NCBI GenBank assembly: GCA_024743275.1
Contig: JANSWW010000007.1
Coordinates: forward strand, 4,256-68,255
Source: Alphaproteobacteria bacterium
GTDB taxonomy: Bacteria > Pseudomonadota > Alphaproteobacteria > JANSWW01
Reading direction: 5' to 3'
Length of the DNA: 64,000 bases
Shown here: positions 10,367 to 20,817 of the stretch, piece by piece
Layout of the letters: every line of letters starts with the position of its first letter
Position numbering within the stretch: the first letter of the stretch is position 1
Made by a program: the position numbers and the translations under genes
The notes under the pieces: generated by a model
Database searches by the model: none
The model's input: the letters and a program-made list of their open reading frames with translations, nothing else
What the model was told of the DNA's origin: nothing

Positions 10367-12444
10367 TGGAAATCGCCGACTATCATGCGGACCTGCTCGC
10401 ATCCGTCGCCTCAAGGTCCGAGGCGGCGGGGCTCTCATGGCGTGAGGGCTTTGTAACAGAAATGCTGGAACGGTTGCGTGACGGCAGTGAAGTGCCTGAC
10501 GCCGAGGTGTGCATTGAGCAGCTGAACGGCCCCAAGAACCGCAGGCTTCTTATCGACGCCTATGCCGAGGATGAGGCGGACAACAGCTTGCATCTCTTTG
10601 TCTGCCTTCCGCATGGAGAGAAGGGACCACCGGTACTCATTCCGTCCGAGGCCCGAGATCAGGGCTTTGTTCGCCTGCGCAATTTCTTGGACGCGGCACA
10701 GGCTGGCTGGGTGCGAGACAACATCGAAGAGAGCAGGCCCGCCTGGGCGCTGGCGCAACTTATCCGACGCCGCAATTTCAGCGCAGTACGCCTGCACATC
10801 CTGACGGATCGTCCCCTAAGTGAACGTCTGAAATCCATACCGGACGACACGACGGAGGATGGCGCCGTCATCACCTTCCAGATCTGGGACCTCACTCGTC
10901 TCAAACGTATCCACGACGCCCTCTCGGTGCGCGACGACCTGGAAGTGGATCTTTCGGAATGCGGCGGCGGCGGCCTGAAGGCTCTCCGTGCAACCAACGG
11001 AGATGAGGACTATGACGCCTACCTCGGCGTGATCGCAGCGGAGGATCTCGCGCGCATCTACATTCGCTACGGCAGCAGACTGCTTGAAGGCAACGTCCGT
11101 ACATTCCTTGGGCGGCGTGGGAATGTGAATAAGGGAATTCAGAAGACCCTGAACGAAGAGCCGTCGCGCTTCTTCGCCTATAACAACGGGATTGCCGCAA
11201 CCGCGTCCGGCGTGGAGATGGTCGAGGACGGGAACGGCGTCCTGGTCACTAAGGCGACGGACTTGCAGATAGTGAACGGTGCCCAGACGACCGCATCGCT
11301 CGCATCGGCATTACGTGACAAGAAGCTTCCGGAAGGAAACGTCTACGTGCCGGTGAAGCTCTCTGTGGTTTCAACGGAAGCGGCCGAGGAACTGATACCC
11401 CTTATCTCCCGCTACGCCAATAGTCAGAACGCGGTGCGGCAGAGCGACTTCTTCGCGAACCACCCATTCCACAGGCGCGTGGAGGAGATGTCCCGGCGCT
11501 TGCTGGCTCCTGCGACGGACGGAAGTCAGGTTCAGACGCACTGGTATTATGAGCGAGCCAGAGGTCAGTATTTGAACGACCAGGCGGGCCTAACCAGCAG
11601 CCAGAAATCGAAGTTCGTGGTCATGAACCCGAAAAAGCAGGTCATCACGAAGACCGACTTGGCCAAGGTGGAGACCTGCTTCGCTCTTCTGCCGGATACG
11701 GCCTGCCGCGGGGCCGAGAAGGCCTTCATCGAGTTCGCCAAGACGATCACCGACTTGTGGAAGGATGAGCAGCGGCGGGCAGAGTTCACCGACGACTGGT
11801 TCAAGTCGGCGGTCGCGCACGTTATCCTCTTCCGTCTGACCGAGAAGATCGTCTCAGGAGCCGAATGGTACGAAGGTGGTTACAGGGCGCAGATCGTCGC
11901 CTACGCCTGCGCTCGAATGGCAAAGCTAGCGAGCGAAGTTTCGGATGGAGGTCGCCTCGACTACCGGCGTATCTGGGGTCTTCAGGGTGTCGACGCTGCA
12001 TTCAAGCGGCAGATCGATTTGACGGCGGAGACGATGTCCCACGTCCTGAGGTCGCCGCCGCGAGAGGGACAGAACATCGGAGAATGGGCGAAACAGCAGG
12101 CTTGCCGGAGCATGGCCCTCGGCACTGACGTGGAGATCGTGAGGGGCTTCGAGGCGTGGGGCGTTGACAAGCACACCGCAAGGACTGAACGACGGGAACA
12201 GCGAGCCGTCGGCGCTATCGATGAAGACCTCAGGGCGATGGAGACGGTGCTCCAGACCTCGCCCGAGGTCTGGGATTCACTTCGCCATTACGCGCGAGCC
12301 CGGCGGCTACTTGGTCCGAGAGACGAGGCCGCGCTCAGTGCCGCCTGCCTTGAACGCGGTCGCCCCCCGAATGAGAATCAAGCGCAGGCCCTCATAGCCT
12401 TGTTGAAGCGAGCCGAGGATACTGGATGGGTGCCACCACAGTGA
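10366..12444 (+). CDS. AIPR family protein
   Basis: LLEGNVRTFL, FFAYNNGI, QIVNGAQTT and NSQNAV..SDFF motifs. Confidence 0.93.
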   Translation: MEIADYHADLLASVASRSEAAGLSWREGFVTEMLERLRDGSEVPDAEVCIEQLNGPKNRRLLIDAYAEDEADNSLHLFVCLPHGEKGPPVLIPSEARDQGFVRLRNFLDAAQAGWVRDNIEESRPAWALAQLIRRRNFSAVRLHILTDRPLSERLKSIPDDTTEDGAVITFQIWDLTRLKRIHDALSVRDDLEVDLSECGGGGLKALRATNGDEDYDAYLGVIAAEDLARIYIRYGSRLLEGNVRTFLGRRGNVNKGIQKTLNEEPSRFFAYNNGIAATASGVEMVEDGNGVLVTKATDLQIVNGAQTTASLASALRDKKLPEGNVYVPVKLSVVSTEAAEELIPLISRYANSQNAVRQSDFFANHPFHRRVEEMSRRLLAPATDGSQVQTHWYYERARGQYLNDQAGLTSSQKSKFVVMNPKKQVITKTDLAKVETCFALLPDTACRGAEKAFIEFAKTITDLWKDEQRRAEFTDDWFKSAVAHVILFRLTEKIVSGAEWYEGGYRAQIVAYACARMAKLASEVSDGGRLDYRRIWGLQGVDAAFKRQIDLTAETMSHVLRSPPREGQNIGEWAKQQACRSMALGTDVEIVRGFEAWGVDKHTARTERREQRAVGAIDEDLRAMETVLQTSPEVWDSLRHYARARRLLGPRDEAALSAACLERGRPPNENQAQALIALLKRAEDTGWVPPQ

Positions 12445-12527
12445 GCCCGGTTTAGCGACGCGGCGGGGTGTGACACGAAACCTTAGCCGAACCGGTGGGA
12501 GGTCTCCCCGCCGCGCCGACACCGCCC

Positions 12528-12725
12528 GGCCACGACGTCGGCGCCGAGAACTGGGGCGTCATCGCTTCCCTGATCGAGACCGCGAAGCTCAAAGACATTG
12601 AGCCTCACGCCTATCTGACCCAAACCCTCGAAGCCATCGTCAACGGCCACAAGCAGCGAAACATCGACCAACTATTGCATTGGAAGTACACCGCTTGAGA
12701 TGCCGTGGGGCAGAACATCGCTTAC
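12528..12725 (+). pseudogene. IS66 transposase C-terminal remnant with terminal repeat
   Basis: GAENWGVIASLIETAKLKDIEPHAYL...IDQLLHW; ends in CGCTTAC (GTAAGCG terminus). Confidence 0.85.
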
Positions 12726-12788
12726 CTGGAGACCAGCAGACGTCAGATCGTAGCTTGCGTCACTGTCCGATTTTTGCGGGGTAGCTCG
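12726..12788 (+). mobile_element. IS3-like terminal remnant
   Basis: Contains the exact reverse complement of the 22-mer at 2915-2936. Confidence 0.5.
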
Positions 12789-12918
12789 AATTCGTAGCCG
12801 TAGCGGACAGCGTTGGTCTACGTACTTCCAGAGATATCATTGGAGGTAAGCTCTATAGAGCTGGTGTCGATGTGGGTTCCCATGCAATCTTTGATTTTGT
12901 GACAATTTCAATAGACTT

Positions 12919-14133
12919 GTGTGGCCTATGATCTTTCACCACTTCGAAATCGGGAAGATCAGTTTCGATGTCGTAGACGGAAGTATCTTCGACCTTGGGG
13001 CTGACGTGATCGTAAGCAGCGAAAACACTCGTTTTGACATGGCTTCGCCAGACGCTCCGTCTGTCAGCGGCCAGTTGAGTGGCATCTGCGGTATGCCGTT
13101 GCAACACGCATTGTATGAGCAAACCGATGGCGGTGTCATGCCCGCCGGGACTATCATTAAAACTAATGGATTCGGGGCTGCGAGACAGATTTACCACCTT
13201 GGTATTCATCAGCCAGGTCAATGGCTAGATGATGCCGAAGATCGAGATACCCGCGAAACAGAATATGTAGACCTTATTTCGGCGTGGGTGTCAGATATCC
13301 TAGAGCAGTTTGCGGCGTCGACGCACGGCTCAATTGCACTTCCGCTCGTCGGCTGCGGAGTGTTTGGGATTTCACCCACATTGATGGGCCGCCAGATCCT
13401 GCGACGCGTCATTGAAGCCTCAGGTAAACCTGCAATGCCGCCTGGCAAACGCATCATGCTGGCTATCCAAGAGCCAGCATCCACCCAACGGGTGCTTGAT
13501 GACATTTTCCAGAGTGTTCTAGACCTCCAAGCTCCAGCAGACCTGCCCGACCTCAGGATCGGTATTGAGCCGATCGACCATTATGTGGACACGAAAGTAA
13601 CAGGTACGAATGGCCGGTTGGCAGCTTGGAGTCTGTGCAACTACGCAGCGACCTTGACCAGCTTCATGGTTTGCCGGCTTGCCACCTATTTGGGCATCAC
13701 GGAGCCTAAGATGATTTTTCCAAGGACTGGGCCCGTTTCATTTGGGAGTTTCGAAGAAAAAGGGATAGCACTCTCCTCTCAGATCGACGACAGGTCGCCG
13801 GAAGACGTAAAACTTATAGCAAACATCTTGGCTCCAAATACCCCAACTCGCGCAGCGCTCCAACGGATCGTCGCGGACCGCAACAACATTGCCCACGATC
13901 GAGCACATCGCAGCTTAGAAGCGATCACAGAAGACACCCTTACGTTCTCACAACCCAAACGTTGGCGCTCCAACACTCAGAACCCACGTTGTGACGACCT
14001 GTTGGCAAAGCCGTGGGCAGCTCGAACAGAAGGAAACGGCTATACGGGGTTATTCCACCGATATGAAAAAAACGCGCTCTACTACTGCGTTCCTCACACT
14101 GGGCTCTTGTTCAAGCAGGCTCACAGCACATAA
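12919..14133 (+). CDS. Macro-domain protein with C-terminal HEPN-like (RxxxxH) region
   Basis: GSIFDLGADVIVSSEN and SIALPLVGCGVFG match macro-domain motifs; C-terminal DRNNIAH; visibly more AT-rich than the backbone. Confidence 0.7.
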   Translation: MWPMIFHHFEIGKISFDVVDGSIFDLGADVIVSSENTRFDMASPDAPSVSGQLSGICGMPLQHALYEQTDGGVMPAGTIIKTNGFGAARQIYHLGIHQPGQWLDDAEDRDTRETEYVDLISAWVSDILEQFAASTHGSIALPLVGCGVFGISPTLMGRQILRRVIEASGKPAMPPGKRIMLAIQEPASTQRVLDDIFQSVLDLQAPADLPDLRIGIEPIDHYVDTKVTGTNGRLAAWSLCNYAATLTSFMVCRLATYLGITEPKMIFPRTGPVSFGSFEEKGIALSSQIDDRSPEDVKLIANILAPNTPTRAALQRIVADRNNIAHDRAHRSLEAITEDTLTFSQPKRWRSNTQNPRCDDLLAKPWAARTEGNGYTGLFHRYEKNALYYCVPHTGLLFKQAHST

Positions 14134-14159
14134 ACACTCAAAATTTTGCAAGTTTCCTG

Positions 14160-14650
14160 TGCGCTGAACCCATTCTCTGGGCCGCCGGTTTCTGGAAAAC
14201 CGGCGCTTGGGTCATGACGGCGGGTCGGATGCGCCGTCTCGGTACGCCAGTGCGATCGGGACTATATAGCCGATCGCACTGTGCGGACGATCCTCGTTAT
14301 AGAACCTGCGCCAAGCCTCCATTTTTTCTCGGGCATCTGCAAGCGTCATGAACCAGTGGACGTTCAGACACTCCTGGCGGAATTTGCTGTTAAAGGCTTC
14401 GATGAACGCATTGTCCGTCGGCTTGCCGGGTCGGGAGAAGTCGAGGGTGACGGCATTCGCATAGGCCCATAGATCCAGGTCCCGAGAGACGAACTCGCTT
14501 CCTTGATCCACGCGGATTGTCTTTGGGACACCATGAACAGCGCAGACATTATCCAGGGTTCTGACAACATCTTCGCCCCGATAGCTGAACAACGGATCGA
14601 GCGCCGGGCAAAACCGGGACCAGGTGTCTACGATGGTCAGCACCTTTAAC
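14160..14650 (-). pseudogene. IS3-family remnant (orfB 3' half plus right end)
   Basis: VLTIVDTWSR, RVDQGSEF, PGKPTDNAFIEAFN and YNEDRPHS; truncated at 14650. Confidence 0.9.
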
Positions 14651-14787
14651 TGTGAATCGGCGTCGGCAGTTGACCCCAATCGGCGTCAGATTGACCCCCG
14701 GGCCGCGAATATAGGTTGATGAAAACAAGGCGCTAAACCCCCAGTGCCCCCTTGCCGATAGGGGTCATCCCGGTGTGCCGGTTCACA
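14651..14787. mobile_element. IS21-like miniature element (MITE), 137 bp
   Basis: 27-bp imperfect IRs TGTGAATCGGC-N9-TGACCCC and TGTGAACCGGC-N9-TGACCCC; internal repeat AATCGGCGTC..TTGACCCC; no ORF, no target duplication seen. Confidence 0.7.
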
Positions 14788-14839
14788 GTGGAAATGCCAA
14801 ATTAATCCAAAGGTCGCGCCATACGGGCAGTTGCACCCT

Positions 14840-15046
14840 TCACCAAGGTCGCGGTCTCGGGATGATGATAACCAGATCTGACCTTGATCGGCCGGTGCGC
14901 GCAGATTTCGGATTGGGTTTCTCTTCATCTCTCTCAATCGAGAGATAGAGGTCAACAGCTGCGATGCTGACATCGATGGTGTCAAGCCAGGGGCCGCCCT
15001 TTGCACTACCAATCAGCACTGCCAATGCCCCCATGACTCCGACGAG
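14840..15046 (-). pseudogene. Small hydrophobic peptide, paralog of 17432-17665, 5' end cut by IS21
   Basis: LVGVMGALAVLIGSAKG...SIAAVDLYLSIE...VIIIPRPRPW aligns by eye with the second copy. Confidence 0.6.
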
Positions 15047-15170
15047 TGTCAACGCCGGTTGGAAAGTGGCCCACCTGGCCGATTGAAACGGGACCCACCT
15101 GAGCGCTGAGCAGGCCGGGGCGTGCGGAGACCCTATGTATCGGAGTGCGGCCCGGCCTGCGGTGGTTGGG

Positions 15171-16972
<1,802 letters not shown>

Positions 16973-17431
16973 CTGCTCTCCCCGTCTTTGGGGAGAACCG
17001 TAACAGGCGGGTCCCTTTCCAGCCGGCGACCCGGGTCACTTTTACATCGGCGCTAACAATACGAAAGAGACAGGATTTTGACATTTCTGAAGGGCTGCCT
17101 TACTGCGGAGTACGTAGTCCTCAACCCACCTTTGCCGATCATCTATAGGATTGCGGAAGACGGGTCGAGAACCTGTGTTGAGGACTTCAGTACCAACGCC
17201 GATGAGCGGGAAGACCCTCTTGAAGGGCGCAGTTTTGAAGATGTATACCGCTTGTGGGGAACAAGGCCCGCCGAAGGGGGCTAGGCGGAGATTTCCTTCC
17301 GGGAAACTTAGCCCCCAGGGTCAGAATTGAGGCGGTCCCGTGGGCGCGACCGAATGATAGGAGCCCAAGTCTTCCGAGTCCTCCTTGTCACCTCTAACTA
17401 GGTGCTTTCTTGGCCAATTCCATGATTGCAC

Positions 17432-17665
17432 TCATTCTGGGCGTGGCCTAGGTATAATGATGATTGCGGATCCTGAAGGATTGGTTGGCGAAGGCGCGAA
17501 ATTGTCATGGTCGTTTCCAGCCTCAAGTGCGAGGTACAAATCAATCGCTGCGATGCCGACGCCGATACCATCCAAAATGTGATCAGCCTTCGTCTTTGCT
17601 ACAGAAGCGCCTAGTATGCCAATTATGATCGCCAATGGCCGTAAAACTGGGCGTGTAAACCTCAT
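17432..17665 (-). CDS. Small (77 aa) signal-peptide-like or hydrophobic protein ending IIIIPRPRPE
   Basis: ATG 17665 preceded by GGAG; basic then hydrophobic N-terminus; the paralog at 14840 supports coding status. Confidence 0.65.
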   Translation of the reverse strand: MRFTRPVLRPLAIIIGILGASVAKTKADHILDGIGVGIAAIDLYLALEAGNDHDNFAPSPTNPSGSAIIIIPRPRPE

Positions 17666-17666
17666 T

Positions 17667-17699
17667 GCTATCTCCAAACTCGTTTGAATTTGAGATAGC
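17667..17699 (-). promoter_or_regulatory. Hairpin occluding the SD of the 17665 peptide gene
   Basis: Minus strand GCUAUCUCAAAUUC-AAAC-GAGUUU(G)GAGAUAGC: 14-bp stem with one bulge covering GGAG. Confidence 0.6.
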
Positions 17700-17794
17700 C
17701 AAACCTCGCTCGATCGGACGGAAAGCCGGCAGTCAGCTCGTAACGCTGAATTGCCGGGTTCCTAAGCCTCAAAAGCTAGGCGGATTGGTGCCCA

Positions 17795-18175
17795 CTAAAA
17801 ACCAAAAGCGGGCGGTGTCGGCTCACGATCAAGCTGAAAAGATCGGAGCAGGTCATAAGAATCGACAAGGAGAACAATATCGGCCTGTGTCTCGGCGGCA
17901 AACTCCTGATTCATTGCATCGAAATCATCGGGGTTTTCAGACATTCTCCTTCGCACCCAATAGGTCAGTCCTTTGTGGCCGGCTTCGAGCAGGGTCAAAG
18001 GCACGTCGCCTAGGTCGCCGTTCATATCCGCGCGGGTTAGTGCGGCCGTGGTCGCAGTGTAGCGCGCAAGCAGCACCGCATTGGGCATCTTAGAAACTGA
18101 GACGGCTTTGAATCCTGGTGGAATATCCGCCGAGTTAAGCGGGGCGGCGATGAGAATTGGTCCTTCAAATTTCAT
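17795..18175 (-). CDS. Hypothetical protein (126 aa), last gene of the mobility operon
   Basis: ATGA overlap with the upstream gene; no family recognised. Confidence 0.6.
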   Translation of the reverse strand: MKFEGPILIAAPLNSADIPPGFKAVSVSKMPNAVLLARYTATTAALTRADMNGDLGDVPLTLLEAGHKGLTYWVRRRMSENPDDFDAMNQEFAAETQADIVLLVDSYDLLRSFQLDREPTPPAFGF

Positions 18176-19281
18176 TGGACTTTTCCTTTCTGTCTTTTTG
18201 GGAGAAGGTCGGCTTCATCGAAAGCATGCTTCGCCTCGGACAAGAATGAGGCGAAGGCGTGGAAATCTCGATTAGCGTTTGCCGGGCGGCGACCCAACCG
18301 CTTGGCCACGTCGGCCGGTCCGAATCTTGGAAGCTCCATGAGGGGGAAAGGTGCTTGCTCGAAGGCTTGCTGGATCGCAAGCGGTAGAGGTCTAAAAATC
18401 CCTGTCTTCCAGCCAGCGCCTGTTGCAGGGGCACGCAAAATCTCTAAGTGGCTCGATCGTCTCGCCTGAAGAGTGTCGCGCGCGCTCACGACGTTGATCA
18501 GACTGAGCCGTTTGATGCTTGGCTCTATGGCCTCAAGCAAGCGAGCTGTGAATTGGTCGAAGGAGGTCATGTCGGTGTTGTGTGGCACGAACCAAACGAC
18601 GCTCGTGGTCGATACCAGTTCGACTAACCTTCGTTTGATATGATCGACCAGGTTCCGCGGCCGCAGACAAACGAGGCGGATACGCGGAAGGGAGGTAGAA
18701 CGCGGGACAGTTTCACCGTGCTTTGGTCCTGCCTCGGCGGAGTTGGCTGCGCACTGCCGTGCCATCACCGTGAGCCCATGGCACTGTTCTGCAGCTAAAT
18801 CACCTTGGAACTCAATAGATAGCGCGACTCCTTTCGACTTCAGGCTGGCTACCAAGGCGGCGACCACGCTGGTGATCCCATCCAACGCGGGATCGATAAC
18901 GCAAATCATCGTGGCCGGCTCGATCGCCCCGTCGGTAGACCTCGGGGCGCTACGAGGGGCGACCACGTCGGGGGCCTGATTGTGCGCCTCGTCTGTCGGC
19001 GTGTGATGTTGGCCCTTCGAGGCTTGGCTAGATGTTGTCATGCACCTGCGCTGCCTAGCCCGAGTCGCAGCCCCGGACAACGTCTTCGCGGGGTATGGCC
19101 CATCGGCTCGACCTATGCCGAACTCGTAAAAGAGACGTGCCGAGAGAGCGGCCCAAGTTCCAGATTCAGTCTTCAGCGCATCAAGGGTATCGAGATTTCC
19201 TTCGAAGAGTTCCTGGACGGTGGGCTGGCGACCGTCTGCATAGTTTCCAAGGTACGTGTGAAGGCGCGTCGATGGGCTCAT
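18172..19281 (-). CDS. Hypothetical protein; StbA/TraK-like HTH N-terminus, possible degenerate ParA/StbB-like C-terminus
   Basis: ATG 19281 overlaps the relaxase stop; TWAALSARL..FGI.RADG.Y..KTL....TRAR resembles plasmid StbA-like HTH. Function is inference. Confidence 0.5.
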   Translation of the reverse strand: MSPSTRLHTYLGNYADGRQPTVQELFEGNLDTLDALKTESGTWAALSARLFYEFGIGRADGPYPAKTLSGAATRARQRRCMTTSSQASKGQHHTPTDEAHNQAPDVVAPRSAPRSTDGAIEPATMICVIDPALDGITSVVAALVASLKSKGVALSIEFQGDLAAEQCHGLTVMARQCAANSAEAGPKHGETVPRSTSLPRIRLVCLRPRNLVDHIKRRLVELVSTTSVVWFVPHNTDMTSFDQFTARLLEAIEPSIKRLSLINVVSARDTLQARRSSHLEILRAPATGAGWKTGIFRPLPLAIQQAFEQAPFPLMELPRFGPADVAKRLGRRPANANRDFHAFASFLSEAKHAFDEADLLPKRQKGKVQ

Positions 19282-20039
19282 GGCTGCAGTCCTCGTTGAG
19301 GTGAGATTTGGGTGGGGGCACAGTCCTCGTCTGCAGAGGGAGAGTCGGGCCTGGGTATAGGGACTATGGACCGAGTGCGCATACATTCGCCTGCAGTGGG
19401 CACTGCGGCTAACGAAACAGGTTTAGGGTCAGAGGATTGCAGTACCGGCTGCAGTGGTTCGACAGGCTGCAGTTGAGAAACTTTGCGGCTCTCCGCAGCG
19501 GCCTCCGGTCGAGGCATCGGTTGCCTGGCGACGCCAAAATCGTTTGCGTCGGTAAGCCGGAGCGACTGCCAGTATTCGCGCACTGCGCGATGAAACCGCA
19601 CTCGGATTCGATTCAGTGGAATCGAGCGTCCCGTCAAAGGATGCGGCAGCGCAATTGCGGCGTGAAGGTGCCAGACACCGGTAGAACCGTCCGGCGCATG
19701 CAGTGCAGTCAACATGATACGATCACTGCAGTCGATGGCAGCGGCGCCGGCGAGGAAGGCACTGAGCAGTGCCTGATGCAACTGATTGACAGAGCTCTTG
19801 TTAGGCATCGGCGACAGAACGGCATTGAGCGCTTTGTACCGCAGATTTTTGTTATCCGCCGCGGCCTCGAAAATCGAAATCGCAGTGCCAGCGTCGAGCA
19901 CGACCGACGGGTCAATACCTGTGTTCAGCAGCGTTACAGCGCCAGTTCGACGCCCGACGCGTTCGTCGGACATTGCGCCGCGGACGTTATAGCGGGCAGC
20001 ACGCGCCGCGCTGCGATGGAAGCTTAATCGCGTGATCAT
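19278..20039 (-). CDS. MOBP-like HUH relaxase
   Basis: N-terminal Tyr (AARYNVRG), motif II-like NAVLSP, motif III LHAPDGSTGVWHLHAAIALPHPLTGR; ATGA overlap with the upstream RHH gene. Confidence 0.7.
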   Translation of the reverse strand: MITRLSFHRSAARAARYNVRGAMSDERVGRRTGAVTLLNTGIDPSVVLDAGTAISIFEAAADNKNLRYKALNAVLSPMPNKSSVNQLHQALLSAFLAGAAAIDCSDRIMLTALHAPDGSTGVWHLHAAIALPHPLTGRSIPLNRIRVRFHRAVREYWQSLRLTDANDFGVARQPMPRPEAAAESRKVSQLQPVEPLQPVLQSSDPKPVSLAAVPTAGECMRTRSIVPIPRPDSPSADEDCAPTQISPQRGLQP

Positions 20040-20422
20040 TTGCGGCTCCACCGGGTCAGGCCCGCGTTTGAGATCGCGGCCGATAGTTCCCCGCCAACGT
20101 GCGGTCCATGGAGCCTGACGAGCTCCGATTGGCAGGTTGACGCCAGCGCCCTCAGCGTTTGCGGCGAGACCGTCAGGTCTTGCGGGCGTGCCTCTAAATG
20201 ACGCACGGCCCTGAGAATTGTTAGTAGTAGACCAAGGTCACTATGCAACGGGAGCGGGTGGCCCGCGACAACCCAGGTCGGGTCCTGGTGGTGGAGAGCT
20301 AAACCCAACTTCACAAGATCAACCACGGTGCGGCTGAACTCCCCCGGTCGAGCACATAGCGCCTCAACCGAGTTCTCAACTTCGGGGGGAAACCGAAGGG
20401 TGCGGGGGCGGCTATTCGGCAT
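20036..20422 (-). CDS. Ribbon-helix-helix (MobC-like) protein
   Basis: RPRTLRFPPEVENSVEALC...FSRTVVDLV pattern, directly upstream of the relaxase. Confidence 0.55.
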   Translation of the reverse strand: MPNSRPRTLRFPPEVENSVEALCARPGEFSRTVVDLVKLGLALHHQDPTWVVAGHPLPLHSDLGLLLTILRAVRHLEARPQDLTVSPQTLRALASTCQSELVRLHGPHVGGELSAAISNAGLTRWSRK

Positions 20423-20594
20423 CTGCCTGCCCTCCAGCGATGAATTCGTTGATAGCAGATTGCCGCCACCGCGGGCGGCGCAAACAGCGGATTGGGGGCG
20501 GGAAATCACCTCGATTCAGGTAGTTGTAGAGGGTGCTGCGTGAGATCCGCAGCGAAGCACACACCTCATTGATGGTCAAAAGTTTATCAACCAT
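20412..20594 (-). CDS. AlpA-family excisionase/regulator
   Basis: LLTINEVCASLRISRSTLYNYLNRGDFPPPI...RW. Confidence 0.9.
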   Translation of the reverse strand: MVDKLLTINEVCASLRISRSTLYNYLNRGDFPPPIRCLRRPRWRQSAINEFIAGGQADAE

Positions 20595-20817
20595 AGAGAC
20601 ACCTCAGTGGAAACGTTTGGTTCTTCACTGGTATCTCGTAGATTCTGTTTTCATGCGCCAAAAAGTTTACGATCACCGCTTTGAAGTGTTCAGCCCAGCA
20701 TTATACGCTCAAAGGTAGTTTTGTGTTATTCTGCCGTAAAATCAATCGCTTATGATATTACCCGAACGTTCTGTAATATTTCGAAAAAACCGCATGCAAC
20801 CCAGGGAATAGTAGCGC

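Noticed and set aside
12459..12515. 10-bp inverted repeat after AIPR as a terminator or ncRNA
   Set aside because: 37-nt loop, no U tract and all-GC arms; could be chance.
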